From NCBI RefSeq assembly GCF_009834535.1, contig NC_045707.1, forward strand, positions 63,614,001 to 63,678,000: DNA of 64,000 nt, given 5' to 3'. The notes beneath the pieces are model-generated. The model did no database searches. It saw only the letters and a list, made by a program, of their open reading frames with translations, and had not been told where the DNA came from. Below, piece after piece: positions 28,276 to 41,976 of the stretch. The stretch comes from Camelus ferus (lineage: Eukaryota). Made by a program: the position numbers and the translations under genes. The stretch's first letter is position 1. Each line of letters opens with the position of its first letter.

Positions 28276-30023
28276 GGCGCTGAGTAGAAATATTCACAAA
28301 TTCACTCAAATTGAATGAGCCTGCTGGGCTGGGTGATTGCACTTTTCAAATCTGCTAGTCCCCATTTGGGGCTATTTTGTTTTAGAGTCTCTGTTTAGCT
28401 GTGTACTTACACTCTCGGAGCAAATGAATCACAAAGGGTGCAATTTTGTAAATCAAAAAATCAAGAAGTAAATAGGCTAGCAGCTAGAAAAAAGCAGAGA
28501 GAGGACAAATCCCTGGTAATTGTTTTTCAGGCCTCAGCTCAGCTGTGTTTATTTCCAGCTGTTATATATCCCACAAGGGTCGGGCTTTGGGTGGGAGAAA
28601 AGCACAGGCCTGAGAGAGCAGAGCAGAATCCACCATGTGGGGCAGGGACAGACAGATGTCCCGAGCGCCCTGGGAGAGACAGCAGTCTTGAAGTCAGACA
28701 GGGCTGGTTTGAGGCTTGGCTCCATAAAGTCTTAAATGTATTAAGTACGTGCAAGAACTATGTGCATTTCAGATATGCTGAGAATTCTGTAAAGAGAAGA
28801 ACGACTTTTTAAAATGCCAAGTCCCTTCGTTCTTGTCACTGTTACTTTCAACTTGTGTGTGAGCTGCCTATGTCAGTGTAGGGCTACAGCCACTTCCAGA
28901 CCAAAAAAAAAAACGGAGAAGAAGAAAAAGAAGAGAAAGATGTGGCTTCCTGAGCAAAGAAAGACATGCAGATTCTCTAAGAGAGCCACATTTGACAGTG
29001 ACCTTCCTCAGAAACTATGCAGTCATCTGGGAAGTAAACCTAGACTTCAGAGATTTGCTTTAACTCTACTCTTCAATTTACTGCCCAACTTCAGAGAAAT
29101 TAGAGCATCAATAACTGGTATTTATTCAGTGAGAGTCTGTTGTGTCACCTTTAGTATGTTTCTTAATGTCTCTGAACCTCAGCTTCCTCATCTTCAAAAT
29201 GAGTACAATGACTAATCTATTGTGAATCATTAGACTCACATGAAAGAACATAAGCGATATGTTTAACATGGTGTCCAGCTCATGGCAGGAATTTAACAAA
29301 AAGAAGCTAAAACTGCCTGATCATGACAGCCGAGAGGTCCAGCTTCCGTGAACATTTCTACCACCATCAGCCATTCAGGGATGAGTCCAGCAGAGCCCAG
29401 CCCCAACCTGCCCTCTCTAACCTTACTGGAGACTCACTGGCCTGGGAAGGCATTGGAGAAGGTCAGTTTTTCAGATTGAAGTTCAAGCTGTGTGCATGAG
29501 TTACATGAAACTGTAATCTACACACACATATACGTTTTTGAAAAGCTCCTTTATCCCAGTCCATTGTGGAACCTGGAATTCTTTAATTCATTCACTCCTT
29601 AAGGTCCTATGTTCATTGTAAGTGAGCTTAACAGATGATTACCTGGAATCTAGGAACCATCAGGTACTTAACACAGGATAATAATAATTGTATCTAGCAG
29701 AGATTCAACACCAGTTAGTACCAACTGGTATCTGTAATGACTGATAATCCTCTGAACCATATGCGGCAGACATGGTGCCCATTTTAAGACGAGGGCGCTG
29801 AGACCCAGAGAGGCTGGGTCAGCGCTCAAGGCCACAGAGCTTGTAAGTGATGGAGCAGGAATTCAAGCCCAGTTCTGTCTCGCTCCAAAGCCTATACATC
29901 TGCCACCTGTTCTGCTAACTCTGCTTTCACAAAAATTAGTTTGGCAGATAATGCAGGAACCCACTGTGGGAAAGCAGTTAGGGAGGGTCTTAAAGAAATA
30001 AAATTGAGTACAAGTTAGATGCA

Positions 30024-30459
30024 TGTAGTAGCCAGCCTCCAAGACAGTTCTGAATGAACCCCGCCTCCTGGTATTCAGGGCTATGTGTAGTCCCCTCCCA
30101 CAGTGTGTCAGAGTTGCGCTATGAAACCAATAGAACATATCAGGAGTGATGGAAGGTCCCTTCAGAAGCTAGGTTATAAAAAGCACAGAGGCTCAGGTTG
30201 CAAGAAGCTGTGGCCTCCTGCCAACTGCCATGTGGGTGACTATACTGGAAGCAGATCCTCCAGCCACAGTCAAGCCTTCAGATGACTGCTGCTTTGGTCA
30301 ACGCTTTGACTCCAGCTTCATGAGAGACCCTGATCCAGAATCACCCAGCTAAGCTGCTCCTTCATTCCTGCCCCTCAGAAATGTTGTGAGAAAATAATTG
30401 TTGTTTTAAGCTGCCCAGTTTGGGGGTCATCTGTTACACAGAAATGAATAACTAATGCA
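30024..30459 (+). mobile_element. MLT1F-like MaLR solo LTR with internal deletion
   Basis: TG...CA ends; CCTCCTGGTATTCA, AGTCAAGCCTTCAGATGACTGC, CACCCAGCTAAGCTGCTCC, TGTTGTTTTAAGCTGC. Confidence 0.82.
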
Positions 30460-30599
30460 GTGTAAAAATCAGGTGGAAGTCAGGGCTTAAAGAAAGTCTT
30501 AGCTGAGGGGAATAAAGAAATGTGTTCCCCAAAAGGTAATAGAAAGATTTGGTGCATGAGGGTAGACAAAAAGGAAAGATCAGTTCAAGTAAGAAAAAT

Positions 30600-30855
30600 A
30601 CTGTTAACAATATTAGCAAATACTTATATAGTAGTTCCTCTGTAGTTCCAAAGTGCTGTTCATACACTAGCTCGTTTAATCCTTACAGCAATCCCATAAG
30701 CAGTAGGAGAGTTACCCCATTTTACAGATAAGGAAACTGAGGCACAGAAGACAAATATTTCACAGAGGTCTCTCAGCTGGGAAGTAGGAAAGCTGGAATT
30801 CACCTCGGGCAGTGCAGCTCTAATTTCTGCCCTCTTAACCACTGCACACACTGCC
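30600..30855 (-). mobile_element. MIR (others at about 20.1-20.3, 25.9-26.1, 29.1-29.3, 29.8, 31.0, 33.4-33.6, 43.0-43.1, 47.8-48.0, 51.2-51.4 and 53.9-54.1 kb)
   Basis: CCCCATTTTACAGATAAGGAAACTGAGGCACAGA core. Confidence 0.82.
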
Positions 30856-33800
30856 TCTCAGATCATAAAAGAAACTAGAGAAAGCAACCCTCCAAGTGGG
30901 TTCGGGAGTCTGAGGAACCTCAGGCTTTTGGTCTAGATTCTTTCATTATTGTTTTGATTAAGCTAATAATACAGTACATTGTGTAGCAACGATCCATTGA
31001 TTTTGCTTAATCCCTAAAGCACTTCCAGCAGACAAGAGGAAGAGATACTATTATCTCCATTTTACAGAGGAGAAAACTGAGGCTAAGAGATGTTAAGGAA
31101 TCACCTGGACCCCTGAATTTGAAATCAAATAAGTTCTCTTGGCAAATTAGGGGATTTTTCAACTTTAAGCAAATTCTGGCGTGTTGAAACTCCCTTATTT
31201 ACCTTACCTATGGATATTTGCATTTCCCTGTTACATGGACTAAAAAAAATAAATCAATCAAAGAGGAAGCAGCCCCATGAGAAGACCATGAAATTCATGT
31301 ACCACTTGAATTTCAACCAGGAGAAAGTACAGTCATAACACACCATCACGGTAATATTCAGAATCAATTTAGGCAAACAAGAGCGGCATAATTAAAGTCA
31401 GGGCTCGGGGCCTCTTTCCAAGAGAGCAAGATGGATCGAAATAACTACCTCTACCCCCACCAAAAACATAATTAAATTAAATATGCATGCCTACTACTGA
31501 GGAATAATCACTGTAATAGCCCCCAAAGAAAAACGTGTTTCTTTCTAGTGGATTGGAAAAAAATGTATTACTGATTCTTCTTCCCCAACCATACAGCAAT
31601 TGTTTAACCCACAGACACGCAGCAAAGCTAATGCCAGGGTTAAAATATGATGGAAAACTGGATTGTTTCAGCCAGACCTAACCGCCACGCTATCACAGTC
31701 CTGATTGTCTCTTCCTCCACACTGCCATCTGCCCCCCACACACCTCCTTTTCCTCCTAACTGCACGTCTACACACACTGCCCATCATCTAATCACGGGGT
31801 GCTGCTTCTTCTGTTTATACTAGGATTTCTTTTATTTGGGTGGCGGAAGACGGGGATGTGATCCGCATGCTGTCTCAAGGATGATTTTGGAAGCAGCGCC
31901 CTCCTCGTTCACTGCCTTCCTTCTCGGGTCATCCATGGAGAATGATGTTTGCACTGATGAATGTTTCTCTACTGTTACTGGTGAGGCAATTAGGCCTCCC
32001 CAGTGCTCAGGCAGGTCTGCGGGTGGAGGGCCTCTGGGTAATCAATCCTGTTTCTCAGCAGAGCTGTCAATCAGCATCTCCCCTGAGTGGCACCTACCAA
32101 GGGTCTCAGCATGTGACATGGCCCCACTCCCTCTCCTCTTCCCGTTTCATGGTAACACGGACTTTGAGCCTGCTGTTTTTCATCGTCAAGTAGAATTTTT
32201 TTTATTTTTCTCTGCTTGGGTTGATTTTTTCCCCCTGCTTTATCCCTTCAAGACTACCACAGAAAAATACAGTATTCAACACAAATTCCTTAAAGTGTTT
32301 CGATATCCATTATTCTGGATTTCACATCTTCTTCTTCCCCTTACCTATCGACACCTCAGTCTCCATCCTGCCCATCGCTACACCACCACCAAAATATCTG
32401 CACTCCGTCTTCATCGACATTTCTGACCATATATTTGACTTCTTAGTGCTCATAAAGCCTGAATGAATTATCAACAGGGAATGAAAGTCTTCTCCCGGTA
32501 TCCAAGTGGTCTCTAATTTTATTATTAACAAACTATATTTGAAGAGACCTCACATGCCGGATTTTTCAGGACCACCCCAATTTCAAATAATCTGCTCCAC
32601 AGACCAGTGGTTCCAAGCTTTGGTTTGGAAAATCAGATTGAATCACGAGTTTGTTTTAAGCAATTATTGTATTGACATTTTTTTCCTTTGCTCAGTCGGA
32701 AAGCCATCAGCTCTAGAAAAACACCTATGTCAATTAGCAATTGCATCTTTATTTTCTGTGAAACCCAAAGGAAATCTTCCTTACTGCATGGCGAACTGGA
32801 GACCATGGCCCAGGCCGACCTGGGATTTGGGAGCACCTGTGCCCCATCCCACCAGCACTGTTGCACGAGCTTGCATACACACACACATACACACTGGCTA
32901 AGTCTTATGTATCCTCATATTTACACTCAGAGAAGCCACAGCAGTGACGGTGCGAGGGGCACTAAGGAGCAATCCTTTTCTCCCTACTAGGTTCTGCTAG
33001 TCCTAGATTTGTGTCTTCCAGGGTTAACCACTCCTGGCAGGCACTTGGCTCACATTGTCCACTTACAAGAAGCACCCAAGGCCAACTGGCGATCTATCAT
33101 CAGTATATTGGAGGCTTCCCCACACACCCAAATGGGTCTAGGATTGCTTCCTACGAGATCTCTCCATAAAGAGGGAGGTTGGGCAGCACAAAAAGTGTCA
33201 GTTCATGAGCAGCCTTTAAATGAGAAACTAGGGACCCTAGGGAGCTACAGTATTTGCTAAGATGGCACATTAACAGTGGAATTAACCTAGCTAAAGAATG
33301 AAACAGTGGATCACCTGAGAACTGAAGCCAGCCTGAGGAAAGGGAGGAGGAGGATGTAATAACCATAACTGACATTGATGATCACAAATCCTGGACCATC
33401 TCCGTGCTCAGCACAGCACCTGCATCCTCTTTCACAATCCTGACTACATCCCAGAGGTGGGTCCCGTTGTTAGACCCACTTCCAGATAAAGAACCCGAGA
33501 GGCACAGTGAGGTTTGATAGAGTGGCTAGAAAGAGTGAAGCCAGGACTCGAACCCCACATCGTCTGACTCCAAAGCCCCAGGTTTTAATCACTTTGTTAT
33601 TCTATGTCATCAGCGTCGTCCAGGGCAGAGGGATACAATGCCCTGGATTTCAAACTCTTAGTTAAACACCCTGTCCTCTGACTCTGTATCCATCAGATAA
33701 CATAATACAGCCTCTCTGGTATCACGACAACTGGGAGTGTCGTAGGAGTCCTGGGACAGGAGTTTCTCCCTGTGTAATGATGACTCGGCAGTTTCCTGCC

Positions 33801-35006
33801 TCCCTCAGCCTCTTGGGCATTCAGTTACAAAAAGTCAGGCCCCTGCAAACGCGGACCAGATCCTGGACTGCTCCAGCTGCGTGCAGCCCTCCTGTGTGTA
33901 AAACCTCCACTGTGTCCAGCCTCCAGTGTTCCCTAGACACCACACCTCCATTTCACTCTTGAGCTAAGAGAAAATGGCAAATGCAAACTCTTGTTACCAC
34001 TTTGAGAGCCTCCCCACTGTCATTTTAACTCCATGTTCTTTTCCTCTCTTCTCCATATAAATAGGTTTTCTTTAAAAGCGTAAGACTCATCCTTATCAAT
34101 GCTCCTTGAAACTGGTCCACTCATATATATACACCAGTTCTACCAGTGTCACCACACTGTCAGCCTGTCTGTCCAGTTTCTGGGCTCAAGAATGAAGAAA
34201 TAATATTTGAGGTAATCCCTTGATCACTGTACTAACACAATCCTTTATACATATATATACACACAAACATGTGTTGTCCCTTTGTATATAATACAGTACA
34301 TACAGCATGTATGTATTAAATACATTTCTCTCTCTCTGTTTTAGCTCAAGAAAAAGGCTCTGCCAAGCTCTGAGCTTTTACCATGTCCGGGACAGGTCAT
34401 GCCCCAAAGGCCCATCCTGCCCACACGCCTTGTAAGGACCCATCTAAGCCGACATGACCTGATTCCACAGGGAGCGACCGCAAACCAGAGGGAGCCAGTC
34501 TTCAGGCTCATAACCACTTCTCAGGGCCTGATGTGAAAAAGGGAATTTGGCCCATCAGTCCTCGCTTGGCATTTAATTAGGAAACACTGGGTGACGGGGC
34601 TAGTGATCAGTCATGCTGAGGGTCCAAAAGGAGTGTGAGGTTTGGCCCGAGCCCAGATAAGCCGTGAGCACTGATGATGTGAGGGGGTGGGGGGGGTCTA
34701 AAGAGGGTCGAGAGGCTGCTTGGAACAGAGGAGGAGGGACTGGAATAGACACACATGGAAAAGCGAATGCCAAAGAGTCCTGGTTGTCCTGATTACAAAC
34801 ATGGTGGAGAAAGGATGAAGGATGCCTGGGGCCTGGGAGGAGGAAGGGAAGGGAAGAATGCCAAAGCATCAAGGGAAGTTAGAAACGAGCAAAGGACTGT
34901 CAATCAGAGGTGCGATGGGGAAACCTCTCACTTTGCTTTAAGCACCTGTGCGTCAGAGTCCTTAAAAACAAAAAGAAAGAGAGAGAGGGAGGGAAGGAGG
35001 GAGGGA

Positions 35007-35066
35007 GGAAGGAAGGAAGGAAGGAAGGAAGGAAGGAAGGAAGGAAGGAAGGAAGGAAGGAAGGAA
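35007..35066 (+). repeat. (GGAA)15 microsatellite in TPH2 intron 5
   Basis: Counted directly; preceded by a GA/GGGA tract. Confidence 0.95.
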
Positions 35067-35939
35067 GAAAAACACACGGGTACCCTCTATAACACACATA
35101 ATGTCCTAAATTCTCACCAAGAAACTTGCCCCACGGGACAGTCAACCTTCTCACCAGTCTCAACTAGGGTAAGAAAGCCTCTTTCCTACCAGGTGCAGAT
35201 TTGCATTTTGCTCTGATGACAAGATTCATGTAGCTGATCACATACCAAAGGACAGATAGCGACAGCCCTGCGACGGTCTGTAAGTTTCACTAGCGTGAGC
35301 AGAATTAACCGAGGCCTCGCGTCCATGCCATCTTCCTAGACACGGCCTGCGGTCTCCGCACTGCGTGGCTGCCGGTGACAATACACTCAGCACGGTCCTC
35401 GGCCCAGTCCTGACAGTCTCCAGTCTCATCCCCACCCTGACCCCAGACTGGGGATGAAACTCTACCATAAACCCTCCAGTGTACAGGGAACTCCCCTTTC
35501 CCTGTGAAGCAAAAGCATTTCTGTTTTATTTCGGCTGCCCTTTCGCCATTCTTGCTGAATCCTCAACTTTCACTGGCGAAGCTGGACGTGGAAGGGGTTA
35601 CTAAAAAGTCGAGTCGAAAGTCAAATTAAAACATTTTCTGGGCCCCACAGAGTGAACAAAAAAAAATGGCTCCTTGCCTTAACTGAGCCACGAGTGCGCC
35701 GGTGAAAATGGAGCGCTGGGCATGTGGCCCGCGGCTCTCATTATCTTACAATTATTCCCTGGATGTCAAACATCTGTGTTGGCATTTAAAGCCTGCAGAG
35801 TTGGTGAGTGTTTAAAATGGTTCATGCCTGCTTTCTGCAAAAGTCAAAGTGAAGAGAAGACAGGTCTGTTTAACACAGCGTGGGTTTTTTCCTAACTCAC
35901 CAGCAACAAGTCACAAGAAAGATTTACACAGGTACTTAC

Positions 35940-36052
<113 letters not shown>

Positions 36053-36088
36053 TTAGCTGCAGAAAGCCTAAAAGAAAATCGCTGTGAG

Positions 36089-36245
36089 GAAATATTCAAT
36101 ACCTCATAATGGCCTGTAATGAGAAAGAATATGAAAAGGAATATATACACAAATCACTATGCTGTACACCCCGAATTAGCACAACATTGTAATACTTCAA
36201 TAAAAAAGTAATAAAAATATTAAGTATTCCAATCCAAAAAAAAAA
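36089..36245 (+). mobile_element. Short L1 3' end insertion with TSD
   Basis: TATGCTGTACAC...ACAACATTGTAA...CTTCAATAAAAAA resembles the L1 3' ends at 10.7 kb and 18.0 kb; perfect TSD AAAATCGCTGTGAG at 36075-36088 and 36246-36259. Confidence 0.85.
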
Positions 36246-38076
36246 AAAATCGCTGTGAGAAAAAAAGAAAGAAAACCACTATGATGTTTAGTGAGTGTCC
36301 AAGTCAAATGTAAATTTTATCGTTGGATGGCCGTCTTCGTGACAAAGGCAGACGCGAATTGTGCTTACCGTGAAACCTCATTAAATTCAGGCTGCCCTCT
36401 TTTGGGATGTGTGGGAATTCAGACTCAGGTTTATCCTTCCACAAAGTAGGCAGACTGGCTTAGTTAAGCCAGTTGTTACTGTGAATAATATTCTTTGGTT
36501 TTCCAGTATCATTTACGTGTAATTGATCTTACTTACAAATTAATCTTATTTGTTCATTAAAACAGGTCCCTTTAACATGGCTATTCAGTGAGTTAAGCTA
36601 ACTTTAATTGCTTTGTGTAACTGACCAATAAATGTACATGTATTAAAATCCTATCTTTCAGAATAATCATCAAATCCCCAAATGGGATGAATTAGAGAGG
36701 TTTTGCTGTGTGTTATGAGTATAGCCACACAACACAAATCGATTACAAGAGACTTGTGCACAGGATAGCAGGTTAGCTCCCTCCCTGGCTGGGTTCTATG
36801 ATTCTGACCAGTCTTTAGCCAGCCTCAAGGTTTTACCCGTCACCATGCACTTGGGAATTTAAACATACTGTCTGTCACTCTTCAGTCTAGTGGAATCCTT
36901 CTGAAAGGCCTCCTGGTTTACCCAAGAACCTCTCCTCTTGTCAACAGGTTTTCCATTTTCCTTTCCTTCAGGTACTTTCAGACAATCAATGCTTTCCAGG
37001 CTTATTTCTTGCAACTGCTGCAAACCCAGCAGGAATTGTTGCCATTTAACTTCTTACGGCTGCAAACCCCTGCAACCCCAGAGGGAAAGCAGGGAGCTGT
37101 GGCTGGTCTGAGGAGGGGGGCCAGGCCAGGGGCCAGGCTGCTGGGATGAGAGGGCCCTGAGAGGAGGGCTGGGACAGCCCCACAGAGATCTGCACGGCCT
37201 CTGCTCACTCAGTGTCAACTCAGACACTTATGCAAGGGGGCCTGTTCAAGAGGAAACCCGAACTCGGAGAAAATCCTTTCTGTTCCCTCTTCTGGCTGAA
37301 GGAGGACTGGCCTTGAGATCCTTCACAGGACTGTGTACCGAACAGACATGAAGAACTTCCGTTGCCAACAGCCTTTCTCTCGGGGATGCCAAGAGGGTCA
37401 TGAGCAGAGGGAGGGAGGGAGTGCCCTGCGGAAGTGAAGCACCCCCACCCCAAAGCTAGTGCTTTCTTTCTTCCGTTAGGAGTTGGGAGATTTTAAACTG
37501 GAGCTCCTAGGCAGGCTTGCGAAGCCTTCAAATGTGTGTATACAAAATTTTGTGACCATAGTTACCACATTCATAAATGGGTCTGTGACCTAAGAAAAGG
37601 TCTTATGCTATAAAGGATAGACACGGTCACACTGGAAAGTATGGGTTTCAACACTCACTAGTCACCGCAAGAGACCTGGGATGGGAAGACGGAAGGGTTC
37701 AAGCATCCTTACCACTCAGAAAGCGAGCAGGCTGTGAATAAAGGGGAAGAGCTCTGTGAAGAACACAGCCTGTGTTCCCTGGTTCCTGCCAAACCAGGCA
37801 CCGTGGAAGCAGCATCGTAATCTGCTGGGCTTCCTGAAGCATCTCCACCCACTTCTCAGCAAACACCTGCATCTTTTCTAGGCACCCTCGAGAATGATTT
37901 ACTCATCACGCCTCATCAGCTGAGTGTGGCGGTGATCATGCAAGTGTTATGGGCGATCCAGAGCTTCCTGGATGGGACCTCAGACCGATGAAACAAAACA
38001 GGGATGCTAGTAGCTACACCAGCCATCACAGAGACACAGCATGCCTTGGCCATCTGCTCTAAACTGAAGCCAGGGA

Positions 38077-38221
38077 TAAGGTTACTGGATAAAATACAGG
38101 ACACCGGTGCAATACGTGGTGCATAACTTACACTAAAAAAAAAAAAAAAAAACTGCTTATTATATAAAATGCAAATTTAATTCGGCATCCTATATTTTTA
38201 TTTGGTAAATTGGCAACCCTA
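38077..38221. mobile_element. MER53-like hAT MITE, internally deleted
   Basis: GATAAAATACAGGAC at the left end, AAATTTAATTCGGCATCCTATATTTTTATTTG...TGGCAACCCTA at the right end. Confidence 0.75.
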
Positions 38222-38409
38222 GCGCTCAGAAAGTATTGGCTGTGCACCACCCTTCCTCTCTCAGTTTATATCAAGGGTTGCAGAGACCCGGTCCACAGCG
38301 GAAGGTGCTCAGCTGTGTGTACGTTGGCACGCATAGCCGTCCCAAAGAGGTCAACCCCACTGGAATACTGGGGTCATCCAGGGGGCTCTGACTCCTACTC
38401 CAAACCTGG

Positions 38410-38855
38410 ACACGTTCCCAGAAGTTCTGATTCAAGCATTCTGAGCTGAGACCCTGGCAGTCAAATATTTTTTAATTCCCCACAGATTACTTGAATGGAA
38501 AGCTATTGCCGTGAATCAGGGGGCTAAGACGTCCGTTCTCAAACTTTAGAGCTCATTGGGGGCTCCTGCAAATCCTTTTAAATGAAGATTCCAGGGTCCC
38601 TCCCTGGAAGTTCTGATTCAGTAGGCTTCAGGGGAGCCTCAAGGTACTGCATTTTTAACCAGCACTTATGGGGGGAACTTGAATCACACTTTGAAAGATT
38701 CTCTCTGTCTAGACTCTGGCTGCTCAAAGTGTGCTCCCCAGACCTCTAGGGTAGGCCTCAGCTGGGAGCTTGCTAACCTCAGCCCCACCTCCCTGCATGT
38801 TGAAAAGATCCTCCAGGTGATTCGTTTGTCCATTAAAGTTTAAGATGGACTGGCC
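38410..38855. mobile_element. Cluster of MER5-family hAT-Charlie fragments
   Basis: Repeated TTCTGATTCA, TTCTCAAACTT, CTCAAAGTGTG, CCAGGTGATTC and ATTAAAGTTT motifs. Confidence 0.65.
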
Positions 38856-40914
38856 TACATATTTAACCCTTTCTAGGGAGCCCAGCAACCCGACCCACAT
38901 TCCAAGCCCCTTCTGAGCCTTCCTAGCACTAGAATGTCATCCTAACACAACAATCCCTGCCTCAGGGGATCTTCTATCTTCATCAAACAATAACTTACAA
39001 AAAAAAAACCAAAACACCCAGCTTACCAACATCAAATTTCGCATAATGAATATTGGGTATGCTTATGGAAGAAATACGCATGGTTAAAAAAAAATGATGA
39101 GTGAGGTAGGAGATTGCTAAGTAATTATTTCAAGTGGCTGCATAGAAAGTAAGATTTCATAAGGTGGGTATAATTAGGAGGAATGGATCAAAATTAAGCA
39201 CAGGAAAATTGATGCAGGGCATTGGGTTTTTTGGGTGTTTTTTAACAGCAAGGTCAGTGGTTCCTATGGTTGTTCCGTTAAAATGTCTGACCCGCTTTCT
39301 CCAGGTTGAGTAATTTTCAAATTAGACTACAGGGAGCATTTGGAAATAGGAAGTTAGCAAGAAATCCTTTACTGTCCAGGCGTTGATCTGGATGATTTAA
39401 AACAGTATTTCCACTCCTGGAATTAAGCATTCACCCTTGCCAAAATGCTTTCCAGTTGTTTGATTAACTAGGCTCTTCAAACACCCCTCTGAGGTCAATA
39501 AGAATTTTATTTCCACCTCCTACATAAAAAATTTGAGTTGCAAAAATACACGGACTTGCCCAAGGTCACCCTGCCAATTAACAGCTGGTGTCTGGGCTAT
39601 CCTGTTACTTGCTAATCTCTTAAATCAGGCTTCGGTGCTAATTCTGATTCCTCCAAGGCAGGGAAAGAGAAGATAAACAAATAGATGATTATTAAAGGCA
39701 ATTTTGAGAATTTTTCTAAAGTTCAGGAGCCTTCCATGTGAACTACTATGAATTATACTGAAAGTTTAGGTCATATTGGCAAATGTAATACATTGTCTTT
39801 GAGCAATTTCAGCTTTTTAAAAGTCATACAATTAAATTAGGTTTGTTTGGTATGCTATGAATTGACTTGAATTTGTATATTATGCCAAATGACTGATTTC
39901 ATTGAAAAATTCCCTCTTGTCGAAGTTGTCACAGTTTCCTTTAAAACAGTGGTTCTCAAACTGAAGTGTGTGCTTGCTAGAACCAGCCCCCAGGTGAGGC
40001 CGATGTGGCTGGTCCTGGGGCCACCCTTAGGACCTCTGCATGTAGTCTCACTATCAGATTTCCTCCATTTAAATAAAATGAGTATCTGAAAACCATTACC
40101 CTCAGACCAGAAAAGGCTCCTATAAGCATGACTAGTCCACTTGGGTTTCACCCTTTAACCTGGCCATTTTTAGGCAAAGGGCGCCGGGGGGGAAAACGGC
40201 TTGTAAAGAATGAGTACATTGCTTGCTTCTCCCAGATGATTAACTGTACTTCACTCCGACCATAAAGAAGTTCCAGGCCTCTTGTGTTAAATAAAAACTG
40301 ATGTGAAGGGGGAGACAGGGAACAGTGGGAAGTGCTCACTACATATCATATTTCTTTACATGTGGTCATTTTATTGGCGTGGAGGAGAGATGGTGGTAAA
40401 TAGATTCAGAGTAGATGGGGGGAAGGATGTGTCTTCCACGACAGCCTTATTCTATAACCAACCCTCTGCCTTCCCACAGAGACTGGAGTCCAGCACATTA
40501 CTCCACACCTAACTACCTCCAGTCAAGGGAAGTGGCAAGGGGAATTTTAGTCTCTCACTGAGCCCTGTAATGCCTAGTCCCCCTTGGTTTCCCAAAGCGG
40601 TGATCCATTTCAGCTCATCGTTTTTCCAAGGGTCACCATCTGCAAGTATATTTCAGGCTGTCTAATTCCACGGAAATATTCTCCAAGGTTTATACTCTCC
40701 TCCTCTACCCAATCCTTTAAAAACATAATAAATAAATGCTAGGTAGAAATGCTTCCAGCCAGACATATGGGCAGGGAAGCTTCAACACTTAAAAGTTTGC
40801 TCTCAGTTAGGGGGAATAAATAGTAAGTTGCTGTACAGGAAAGCATTACGGCACAGACTGGTACCCTGGCTGGCAGACGGGAGGAGCTGGAAGAGCCACG
40901 AGGAATGGATTTTA

Positions 40915-41049
<135 letters not shown>

Positions 41050-41137
41050 TCAGAAATATTAGCTCACAGATTGTGTTTTCCCCTTTGCAACATTTGCCTT
41101 ATTGCAAAATCCCCCGACAAGCAAAAACTGGCCTTGC

Positions 41138-41321
41138 CTTCTTCCTCTGTCCAAATGTTCTCTGGCGGATTCAGCGTCACGATTGTGGTTTGAAATTTCA
41201 GTGACTGAATGAGCTCACTGAATTCTGTTTTGCCGCACTCACAGTCCACGAAAATTTCAACCTCCGAGCTTCTTCGCCGGGATTTCCTGGACTCGATGTG
41301 AACCATGTTGACATGTTTTTC
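41138..41321 (-). CDS. TPH2: TPH2 exon 3 (184 nt)
   Basis: TTTCCACAG acceptor; [61 protein letters not shown]; ends at non-canonical donor GAAG|GCAAGG, which keeps frame with exon 4. Confidence 0.96.
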
Positions 41322-41976
41322 CTGTGGAAATAGAAGCAACAGCTCTAACTCACCTTCAGGACACTGGTAAAAGGGATGCCATGGGCCATTCTTGTTCAAC
41401 TCATGAGCAAAAAGGTGCCACGCGCCCACCAAAGAGGAAAAGGCAATCATCTCACTCTCTGTTGACTAAAACATGGAAATGCTTGCCAACCATTATCTCT
41501 GTTAATAAGAATAGTGACTGCATGTAGGTTTTTCCCATCTCATTTTTTAAAAGGGGGACATTAAGGTATGTAAAGGACCCAAAAAATGTATGATAATTAT
41601 GAACATTGTCACTTCTCGGGGATGTCCACATCCCACTGGTGGTGCACATGATTATTTGGGGGGGGGGTTAGTTTATCATGTTGTCCTCTAATCCCCAGAT
41701 TTATTTATTTGCTTTATATGTTTTCCCCAAAAAATCTAACTAAAAGTCAAACCCCTGATTTCATAGTTCTAAAACATTTCTTTTTGAAATAGAGCTTAAA
41801 AATAAGATAATCTTTGGGAAACTAATTAATAATCCAAATAGCGGACAGATGAGGCAGAAGTGGGAAGGTGATGCGAAAAATGACTGAAGTTTGGGAAACA
41901 CTGGCCAAAGTGTGGTCCACATTGTAGGGGAAAAAAAAAAAGAAACAAGGAAAGTAGCCAAGAAGGGATCTCTACA

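Noticed and set aside
31836..32426. 196-aa plus-strand ORF
   Set aside because: Non-ATG start, no recognisable domain, intronic; treated as chance, though a BLASTx would settle it
34755..35216. ORFs with GRKE/PSFL repeats
   Set aside because: Translation of the GGAA microsatellite
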